A stretch of DNA of 45,281 nucleotides, from contig CAWDLW010000029.1 of the NCBI GenBank assembly GCA_963803145.1, positions 1-45,281 on the forward strand. The letters are read 5' to 3'. The position numbers and the translations under genes are program-made. Positions 37,852 to 45,281 of this stretch are shown in pieces. Below the pieces are notes generated by a model. That model was not told where the DNA came from. It ran no database searches and saw nothing but the letters and a program-made list of their open reading frames with translations. The DNA is from Methanotrichaceae archaeon. GTDB taxonomy: Archaea > Halobacteriota > Methanosarcinia > Methanotrichales > Methanotrichaceae. Within the stretch, counting starts at the first letter, position 1. Every line of letters starts with the position of its first letter.

Positions 37852-38967
37852 ATGGAAGAGAAGTTAAGGTATTTTGGGAGCAATGTTGATGCCCTGATAA
37901 AGAGACAGAGCCTCTCGAGATCTGTTGCTAAAGATTTGTTTGCTCAGATCCTGAGAAACGAGCAGCCCGACCTTCAGCAAGGTGCTTTTCTGGCTGCGAT
38001 AACTGCAAAAGGCGCAACTCCCGAGGAGATTGCGGGAATTTGGGAATCAATCTACGAGATAGATACGGTGAAGGTTCATCCCGATGTCACTGGTCCTCTG
38101 GTCGATAACTGCGGAACAGGTATGGATGAGATAAAAACCTTCAACATCAGCACTGCGGCGTCGATCGTGGCCGCAGCAGACGGAGTAAATATAGCGAGGC
38201 ATGGAGCAAGGGCAATTACCTCAAAGTGCGGAACCGTTGATATTCTCGAATCTCTGGGGATAGATGTGGAATGCGATGTTTCCGTAGTCAAGAGAAGCAT
38301 TGAGAATGCTGGCATAGGCATATTCAACGGCATGAGCGGCAAAATACACCCTCAAGCCCTTTACCGAATTTTGTCTCAAATTAGGTTTGGAACTGTGCTC
38401 AACATCGCCGCATCTCTGGCCAACCCTGCTCTTCCAACTTATGGCGTCAGGGGAGTATATTCAAAAGAGATGATCCTGCCGATAGCTGAGGCGATGCGAG
38501 AGATCGGCTATAAAAGGGCCTTTATCATTCACGGCAGAAGCGCCGATGGAGGCAGGGGAATGGATGAGATGTCGACTCTTGGAGTGACCTTTGTTGCTGA
38601 GCTGGAAGATGGAGCGATAAGAGAGTACAACATTTCTGCAAAGGAGCTGGGCCTGAAGAAAGTTGACGAATCGGCTATTCTGTACGAGCAAGATCGGCCA
38701 AAAGAGGCTATAAGATTGCTGCGGGTTCTTTCGGGCGATGACATGGGCCCCAGAAAAGAGATTGTTTGCTTGAATGCTGCGCCTATACTATATATTGCTG
38801 GACATGCCTCTGATGTAATGGAGGGTATGGAGAAGGCAGCTGCCATCATCAGTAGCGGTAAACCGATAAAGAAATTGAGGGCATGGGTGGCAGAACAGAG
38901 TTCGAGTTCAGGGGAGCACCTTGAAATGCTGGATAATCTCATAGAAACCGCCTCTGCATTGCATTAA
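37852..38967 (+). CDS. Anthranilate phosphoribosyltransferase-like protein (atypical TrpD paralog)
   Basis: DNCGTGMD, TFNIST, RHGAR, GMDE, LNAA; not in a trp operon. Confidence 0.85.
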   Translation: MEEKLRYFGSNVDALIKRQSLSRSVAKDLFAQILRNEQPDLQQGAFLAAITAKGATPEEIAGIWESIYEIDTVKVHPDVTGPLVDNCGTGMDEIKTFNISTAASIVAAADGVNIARHGARAITSKCGTVDILESLGIDVECDVSVVKRSIENAGIGIFNGMSGKIHPQALYRILSQIRFGTVLNIAASLANPALPTYGVRGVYSKEMILPIAEAMREIGYKRAFIIHGRSADGGRGMDEMSTLGVTFVAELEDGAIREYNISAKELGLKKVDESAILYEQDRPKEAIRLLRVLSGDDMGPRKEIVCLNAAPILYIAGHASDVMEGMEKAAAIISSGKPIKKLRAWVAEQSSSSGEHLEMLDNLIETASALH

Positions 38968-39005
38968 ATCTTTTTTCTCGCTTTTCCGATAAGTCAAACA
39001 GGCGC

Positions 39006-39027
39006 ATCCTGCAGCAAGCTGCAGGGT
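39006..39027. repeat. Isolated GC palindrome resembling an IS200/IS605 end hairpin
   Basis: CCTGCAGC-AA-GCTGCAGG perfect 8-bp arms followed by GTATT. Confidence 0.5.
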
Positions 39028-39074
39028 ATTCATTTAAAAGCGTTAATCATATCTATCAGTTAAACGCGATTCTA

Positions 39075-40136
39075 TTGTTTAAATACAGTTTATTCCTGGT
39101 GCGATACTTGAGTTCCGAGCTAGGGAAATGGTGTTCAGAAAACAAAAGCACGCTTATCATCACTATTCTATCATTAGCCCTGATCTTCTACTTCCTCTTT
39201 CCTTTCCTGGATGGAGTAGTTCTGGGAACGGTATTTGCCTATGTAGGAAGGCCTATGAGAGATCACTTCAAAGGCAGAAGGCGGTTGGGCGCATTTGTGG
39301 CAGTAATCTGCATAGTCATCCCAATTTTTCTTATTCTGGGGCTGGGGACGCTGGAGATTGCAAACCAAATCATAGCACTGGCCTATAATCAGAAGATGAT
39401 AATTACAGCTCTTAATTCCTTCATAGCCAAGCTAGCCATTCCTCCGATATTTCAAGATCTGTTCTTCGGGAGCCTGGAGAATATCGCAAGGATCGTTGCG
39501 CCAATAGCTGCCAGCATACCAGTCCTTAATATTGGAAGAGCGCTGTCTTTGATGATAATCAATTTCATAATATCCATCCCCGTCTGCTACTTCTTGCTGC
39601 TTGATGGAGAAAATTTTGTGGAATCGCTCATAGCTCTGCTGCCTGCAGAGCACACGGAGACCTACAGAAGATATATCGTGCGCATAGACAGTATTTTTAG
39701 CGGGATCTTCCTGGCGACTATTTACACCTCTATACTCGGCAGCATAATAGCCGCTTTCATCTTCTATGCCTTTGGTCTGCCGAGTCCCTTTGCCCTGGCG
39801 AGCATTGTCTTCATTGCAGGCATGATCCCTATACTTACCGCCTGGGTTGTCATTATCCCTGCGACCATATACAGATATTTCGCTCTTGGGGTCACCGATG
39901 CCGCGATTTTCCTAATAATTTCATCAAGCCTAATCTATATCCCATCAGAGCTGCTCATCAGGCCATACTTGATTTATTCCAAATCATCAATACACCCCCT
40001 TCTTGTGATGCTTTCTTTCTTAGGCGGCGCCCTTGTCGCAGGAATAGGCGGCTTCTTCCTTGCACCCGCGATAATGGGTGTGATAGTAGGAATATATCAG
40101 GTTAGACGAGAAGAGATGGCAGATCGCAGGATATAA
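39075..40136 (+). CDS. AI-2E-family membrane transporter
   Basis: Multiple TM segments; YFLLLDG, LIRPY, IHPLLVMLSFLGG..GIGGFFLAP; start may be TTG 39108. Confidence 0.9.
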   Translation: MFKYSLFLVRYLSSELGKWCSENKSTLIITILSLALIFYFLFPFLDGVVLGTVFAYVGRPMRDHFKGRRRLGAFVAVICIVIPIFLILGLGTLEIANQIIALAYNQKMIITALNSFIAKLAIPPIFQDLFFGSLENIARIVAPIAASIPVLNIGRALSLMIINFIISIPVCYFLLLDGENFVESLIALLPAEHTETYRRYIVRIDSIFSGIFLATIYTSILGSIIAAFIFYAFGLPSPFALASIVFIAGMIPILTAWVVIIPATIYRYFALGVTDAAIFLIISSSLIYIPSELLIRPYLIYSKSSIHPLLVMLSFLGGALVAGIGGFFLAPAIMGVIVGIYQVRREEMADRRI

Positions 40137-40137
40137 A

Positions 40138-41382
40138 ATGAGATTTCACATTGAGACTTATGGTTGCACTGCCAACCTGGGAAACTCAAGGGCTGTCGAG
40201 GCTGCATTATCTGAGAGGGGCCATCAAGCCACATCTCTAGAGGATGCAGAAATAGTAATAGTAAATACTTGTGCTGTGACTGAGAAGACTGAGAGGAAGA
40301 TCCTCAAGAGGCTGCATCAACTTCAGGGTGACCGCCTGATAATTTCAGGATGCTTACCTGCGGCTCTGCCTTACTCTGTAGAAAGGATTAACTATCGCCT
40401 CAAAACTGGCATTCTAGGGAAATCAGCTATTGAAGAGATTGCCAAACTTTTCGATAGCTCTCGTTCAGGATTTCGGAACAACGCTTCTTCAGAACAAGAA
40501 AGACAAGACCTTTGCGGCATAGTGAACATCGCGGAAGGATGCAACGGCGGCTGTAGCTACTGCATAGTGAGAAAAGCGCGCGGAAAGCTTGCCAGCAAAA
40601 GTCCCGATGATGTTGTGGAAGTCGTCCGGAAGCTCGTCGGACTTGGCATGGTAGAAATTCAGCTCACAGCTCAGGATACTGCAGCATATGGCAGCGATAT
40701 TGGAACAGACCTGCCTGAGCTTCTTAAGGCGGTAAAAGAGGTGCCAGGAGATTACATGATACGTATTGGCATGATGAACCCGGACACTGTCCTGTCGATG
40801 CTGGATGATCTCATATCTGTGCTTCATTGCCCTAAGATCTACAAGTTCATTCATCTTCCAGTGCAGTCGGGCTCGGATAAGATTTTGGAGAGCATGAGAC
40901 GCAAGTACACAGCAGAGGATTTTCTAGGGATAGTAAATCGGCTTAGGGGAGCATTTGAGGATATCTATCTTATGACAGATGTTATCATAGGGTTTCCTGG
41001 AGAGACCGATGATGATTTCAGGCAAACTCTGGAGCTAATAGAATCGGCAGAGCCTGATAAGGTAAACATCACAAAGTTCTCCAAACGTCCTGGGACTGGC
41101 GCTGCCAAACTGTATGATATGCCTGATAGGATAAAGAAGGACAGATCTAGAGAGGTAACGAAGCTGTGGCTTGAGATAGCGCGCATGAGGAATCGAAGGT
41201 ATGAAGGCCATGTCCTTGATGCTTTGGTAACAGAGCGCGGTTTGGGGGATACAGCCAAGGCCAGATCCTGCAACTATGTCGGAATTGTAATCGCGGAGTC
41301 ACCGAGTTTGGGAAGTAAGTTGAGTGTAAAAGTTACAGGATCAAATCCGTTCTACCTCATAGGATTAGCTCAAACCCGATGA
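40138..41382 (+). CDS. MiaB-like tRNA methylthiotransferase (archaeal MtaB type)
   Basis: ETYGC, VNTCAV, EGCNGGCSYC, HLPVQSGSD, C-terminal TRAM-like domain. Confidence 0.93.
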   Translation: MRFHIETYGCTANLGNSRAVEAALSERGHQATSLEDAEIVIVNTCAVTEKTERKILKRLHQLQGDRLIISGCLPAALPYSVERINYRLKTGILGKSAIEEIAKLFDSSRSGFRNNASSEQERQDLCGIVNIAEGCNGGCSYCIVRKARGKLASKSPDDVVEVVRKLVGLGMVEIQLTAQDTAAYGSDIGTDLPELLKAVKEVPGDYMIRIGMMNPDTVLSMLDDLISVLHCPKIYKFIHLPVQSGSDKILESMRRKYTAEDFLGIVNRLRGAFEDIYLMTDVIIGFPGETDDDFRQTLELIESAEPDKVNITKFSKRPGTGAAKLYDMPDRIKKDRSREVTKLWLEIARMRNRRYEGHVLDALVTERGLGDTAKARSCNYVGIVIAESPSLGSKLSVKVTGSNPFYLIGLAQTR

Positions 41383-41595
41383 TTGTCAGAAGGGCGCAAG
41401 AGTCCAGTTTTCAGATTCGAATACACATATGAAATTTAAAATCATTTTTACTGCTCGCAATCAGTGTTTTTTTAATCTAATTTAAATGGACAGTCTATAG
41501 CTCAAACTGATCCGATTAGTTTTGTATAACATTTTTATTTTATATTAATACATGAACCACTAAGCTTATTAATAATGAAAATTATCAAGCATGAT

Positions 41596-41733
41596 AGTGT
41601 TTCTGAAGCCTCCTGGGCCGGGCAAGGAGCATAGAGGCATGGGATTTATGGCTTATGGCTATTTCAGCCTCGCCGTATAATCTTCAGAGGATGTGGAAAC
41701 ACATTTAGAAAAAGGAAAAGGAGGTTGTTAAAA
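41596..41733 (+). promoter_or_regulatory. Structured 5' leader of acs copy 1
   Basis: TTATTAA box at 41566; GTGTTTC (41597-41603) pairs with GAAACAC (41696-41702); TCTGAAG/CTTCAGA. Confidence 0.55.
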
Positions 41734-43719
41734 TTGGCTGATGAAAAAGCGTCGGAGCAGACTTCTGTTTTGCTGGAAGAAACAAGATTATTCAACCCAC
41801 CAAAGGACTTGGTTGAGAACTCCAATGTCATGAAGTATATGAAGAAGAAAGGCTTCAAGACCGAGAAAGAGCTGCGTGAGTGGTGCTCCAAGAACCTGGA
41901 TGAGTTCTGGGGCGAGATGGGCAAGGAATATGCCACCTGGTTTAAGCCCTTCACCCAAGTCCTGGACTGGAAACCGCCATATGCCAAGTGGTTCGTAGGC
42001 GGCTTGTGCAATGCCACCTACAACAGCGTTGATCGGCATATGGGGACACCAATAGAGAAGAAGGTCGCCTATATAGCTGTAGGAGAGCCTGTCGATGATA
42101 CCCGGATGATCACCTACGGCGACCTGTACAGAGATGTGAACAAGTTAGCCAACGGCTTGAAGAGCCTGGGTGTCAAGAAAGGCGACAGAGTCTCCATCTA
42201 CATGCCCATGATACCGGAGCTGCCCATTGCCATGCTGGCATGTGCCAAGATCGGAGCTATCCACAGCGTGGTCTTCTCAGGCTTTAGCACATCGGCCTAT
42301 GCGGCCAGGGTGCAAGATGGCGAGTCAATTGTATCGATCACCGTGGATGGATTCTGGAGGCGCGGAAAAGTCGTGCCGCTGAAGGATGGGGCCGATGAGG
42401 CGCTCCAAACGTGTCCCACTGTCAAACACCAGATCGTTTATAAGAGGTGTGGAAACAAGATCAATTGGAATCCTCGAGACATCTGGTGGCATGAACTGAT
42501 AAAGGACCAGTCAGCAGAGTGCGAATGTGAGAAGCTGGATCCAGAGCACAGACTGTACATCCTTTACACCTCGGGGACCACAGGCAAGCCCAAAGGCATT
42601 GAACATGCCCATGGAGGATACTGCGTGGGAACGCCGCAGACGCTTCACTGGGTCTTCGACCTGAAGCCAAACGATGTGTGGTGGTGTACAGCAGATATCG
42701 GATGGGTCACCGGCCACAGCTACATCGTGTATGCTCCGCTGATGCTGGGAGTTACCAGCATAATATACGAGGGATCTCCTGACTTCCCGGACTTCTCAAG
42801 ATGGTGGCAAATCGTAGAGAAGCACAAGGTGTCAGTCATCTACACCGCACCTACCGCCATAAGGATGTTCATGAAAGCTGGGGAACAGTGGTCGGCCAAG
42901 TGCAACTTGAAGAGTCTCCGGCTGCTGGGAACTGTAGGCGAGCCCATCAATCCCGAGGCCTGGATATGGTACCGCAAGAACATCGGCAGGGACGAGCTCC
43001 AGATTATGGACACCTGGTGGCAGACTGAAACTGGCACATTCATCAACTCGCCGTTGCCCATAACGCCGCTCAAGCCTGGATCGTGTTGTTACCCGCTTCC
43101 CGGATACAACGTCGAGGTCTGGGATGAGTCTGGAAAACAAGTGCCTACGGGCCAGGGCGGAAACCTTGTTATAATGACGCCCTATCCAACCATGCTCAGG
43201 GACTTCTATAAGGACCCGGCCAGATACATGAAGACCTACTGGGAGCATTACTGGAATGTAGCTCCGGGAGTGTACCTGGCAGGTGATAAGGGCAGGGTTG
43301 ACAAAGATGGTTACTTCTGGGTCCAGGGCAGAATTGACGATGTGCTTAAGGTGGCAGGCCATAGGATAGGCAACTCCGAGGTAGAGTCCGCCGCAGTATC
43401 CCATCCCAAGGTGGCTGAGGCCGCTGTTATCGGCAAGCCCGACGCAGTCAAGGGCGAGGTCATAATCGTCTTCGCCATCCTGCGGGGAGGAGTAACCCCA
43501 ACCGAGGAATTGAAGAAGGAATTGAAGGATCATATAAGGAAGACCCTTGGGCCAGTTGCAATTCCTGAGGAGATACACTTCGTCAATGACGTGCCCAAGA
43601 CCAGGTCAGGCAAGATCATGCGCCGTGTGATCAGGGCTAAAGCTATGGGCCAGCCGGTAGGAGATATCTCCACTCTGATGAATCCAGAGGCAGTAGACGG
43701 GATCCCGAAGATCGTCTGA
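41734..43719 (+). CDS. acs: Acetyl-CoA synthetase (AMP-forming)
   Basis: [37 protein letters not shown]; GGAGG RBS and TTG start. Confidence 0.97.
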   Translation: MADEKASEQTSVLLEETRLFNPPKDLVENSNVMKYMKKKGFKTEKELREWCSKNLDEFWGEMGKEYATWFKPFTQVLDWKPPYAKWFVGGLCNATYNSVDRHMGTPIEKKVAYIAVGEPVDDTRMITYGDLYRDVNKLANGLKSLGVKKGDRVSIYMPMIPELPIAMLACAKIGAIHSVVFSGFSTSAYAARVQDGESIVSITVDGFWRRGKVVPLKDGADEALQTCPTVKHQIVYKRCGNKINWNPRDIWWHELIKDQSAECECEKLDPEHRLYILYTSGTTGKPKGIEHAHGGYCVGTPQTLHWVFDLKPNDVWWCTADIGWVTGHSYIVYAPLMLGVTSIIYEGSPDFPDFSRWWQIVEKHKVSVIYTAPTAIRMFMKAGEQWSAKCNLKSLRLLGTVGEPINPEAWIWYRKNIGRDELQIMDTWWQTETGTFINSPLPITPLKPGSCCYPLPGYNVEVWDESGKQVPTGQGGNLVIMTPYPTMLRDFYKDPARYMKTYWEHYWNVAPGVYLAGDKGRVDKDGYFWVQGRIDDVLKVAGHRIGNSEVESAAVSHPKVAEAAVIGKPDAVKGEVIIVFAILRGGVTPTEELKKELKDHIRKTLGPVAIPEEIHFVNDVPKTRSGKIMRRVIRAKAMGQPVGDISTLMNPEAVDGIPKIV

Positions 43720-43729
43720 TCGGGCCCTC

Positions 43730-43752
43730 TAATTTTTTTCTTTATTTTATTG
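43730..43752 (+). terminator. Oligo-T terminator of acs
   Basis: TTTTTTTCTTTATTTTATT just after the stop codon. Confidence 0.55.
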
Positions 43753-43849
43753 GAATACGCTCCAGCTTGTCGTTAAATTACAAATATTATCAATTATTTT
43801 TTGTTTGCTTGGAAAAGCGGCCATTCCGATGCTTCCCAGATGCATTTGA

Positions 43850-44806
43850 TCATTTTTTCTGATAATATGGCAGACTGAGTATCAAGTACTCGTATTTGAT
43901 CAGATCTTCGATGAACTGAATGATGATCTCATGTCGATCTATTTTTGAGGAGCCCAAGCATAGAATGAAGTTGACTTCCTCATCAATTATAGGCTCAACG
44001 AAATCGATATACTGGCCTCTTCGAGAGGTATAACCAAAAGAAGAGGCGACTTTTTCGAGATCGGAAAAACGGATTGTGTACTCATTATGGCCGTGAAGCC
44101 TTATGCGCTCAGGTTCTCCTGTCGTGTTGAGTTCTAGGAGCCTTGCCAACGCCTCAGGGATGCGTGCTTCGCAGCTGTGCTCGCTAACATAGATATATGG
44201 TATTTGAGCAGTGCAAAGCCTTTCAATGGCCTGGATCGCGCCCAGGTTCAACGTGAGACGTTTCTTAGAGGGATGCATTAGATGGTAACCCTTGTAGATA
44301 CGCCGTATCTCCTGAAGCAGAACATCTTCTGGTTCGTAGCATTCGCAAAGCACATCTCGTGGAATCTCGCAAGCGGTAGGAAAATCTCCGATGACTTCAT
44401 TGAGAATCACAAGATCATTGTTAGAAAAAACTGAACAACCCATTTCAAAAAAATCTCCCTGAATGAACTCCACAGCGAAGTCACTTAACGTTTCCCGTTG
44501 CTTCTCGAGAAGAAATGGCGAGAGCTCAATCATTGTCGCACAGAGCTTGTTATTTCGCTTCAAAAAATCTCTCATCAGATGACCATACCCGCCGCCAATC
44601 TCAATGATGTGATATATGCTGTTCATTGGAACGATTGTGTTAAGAAAATCATAAAGAAGATTCCCAAATGAATCGTTATTTTTAAGAATACTCCTACATG
44701 GGCTCTGAGGATTTTCAAGCATGAGCGAGAGTGTGATCTCCCAGCCGAGCGAATCAAGATCGTTTTTATGATAACCATCCGTTGTGTTGAGGAAATGCTT
44801 TTCCAA
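43850..44806 (-). CDS. Class I SAM-dependent methyltransferase
   Basis: IIEIGGGYG, IELSP, GDFF, ILNEVIGDFP. Confidence 0.82.
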   Translation of the reverse strand: MEKHFLNTTDGYHKNDLDSLGWEITLSLMLENPQSPCRSILKNNDSFGNLLYDFLNTIVPMNSIYHIIEIGGGYGHLMRDFLKRNNKLCATMIELSPFLLEKQRETLSDFAVEFIQGDFFEMGCSVFSNNDLVILNEVIGDFPTACEIPRDVLCECYEPEDVLLQEIRRIYKGYHLMHPSKKRLTLNLGAIQAIERLCTAQIPYIYVSEHSCEARIPEALARLLELNTTGEPERIRLHGHNEYTIRFSDLEKVASSFGYTSRRGQYIDFVEPIIDEEVNFILCLGSSKIDRHEIIIQFIEDLIKYEYLILSLPYYQKK

Positions 44807-45069
44807 AGCTATCGTTGAATAATCGTATTATCCCAATTTAAAGTCTCTTCCATTCTTGATGAATTTCTGATCCATCAAGTGATTCACTCCAGCATTCCCA
44901 GGATATCCTGCCAACACGGCCAAGAGAATTTAATAAGGGGCCATCAATTTTACTAATAATTTTAAGAAGATTATCTTGTTTATTGTCAATAATGATAATA
45001 TTCGATCGTTAAGGAAGATTCCCGCGATAACTTTATTTATGAAAAATCACGATAATGATCGATCATCAC

Positions 45070-45224
45070 AGTGTTTCCAAGATCGCTCTGAGTTTAATGC
45101 AGGGCGATCTTAGAGAAGCATAATAGAGGGTCGGGCAGTAGGGAGGTCTCAAAAGGCGAAGGGTTCCTCCTCACCCTTTTAAAGCTGTCTGGAAACATGT
45201 GGGGATCAAAAAAGGAGGTTAAAA
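45070..45224 (+). promoter_or_regulatory. Structured 5' leader of acs copy 2
   Basis: TGTTTCCA (45072-45079) pairs with TGGAAACA (45190-45197); inner 12-bp hairpin at 45079-45111. Confidence 0.55.
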
Positions 45225-45281
45225 ATGGCTGATCAAAAAGCAACTGCAAAAACTTCAGTGCTGTACGAGGAGACGAGAATA
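45225..45281 (+). CDS. acs: Second acetyl-CoA synthetase, N-terminus (runs off the window)
   Basis: MADQKATAKTSVLYEETRI versus [19 protein letters not shown] of copy 1; GGAGG RBS. Confidence 0.85.
   Translation, partial: MADQKATAKTSVLYEETRI

Noticed and set aside
41418-41425. CGAATACA match to the TnpB guide seed upstream of acs
   Set aside because: Only 8 nt, expected by chance in a window this size.

Overview
Archaeal chromosomal window, most consistent with an aceticlastic Methanothrix (Methanosaeta)-type methanogen: tandem acetyl-CoA synthetases, mfnA, cofH, archaeal cobT and TRAM protein. The taxon is inferred, not searched. Bases ~1-26,700 are a patchwork accessory region: three paralogous APH-like kinases, two paralogous HAD hydrolases, a GT4 glycosyltransferase, a PHP protein, a long TPR protein, bacterial-looking alpha/beta hydrolases, a frameshifted secreted metallophosphatase opposite an AbrB-PhoU regulator, an intact IS630, a solo TnpB and many gene relics. 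Bases ~26,700-45,281 are core housekeeping genes. The most striking unexplained signals are: (1) a ~140-bp non-coding module repeated five times in direct orientation over the first 11 kb, carrying an ORB-like box (TTCCACTGGAAATTAAGGGG), an AT-rich tract and hairpins, and delimiting gene blocks like a cassette array with no cdc6 or integrase in the window; (2) a TnpA-less TnpB with a preserved omega-RNA-like 3' end whose predicted guide nearly matches a gene 10.6 kb away; (3) a cobT/Zn-dehydrogenase/atypical trpD operon; (4) several shared promoter and leader motifs. All alignments were done by eye; no database searches were run.
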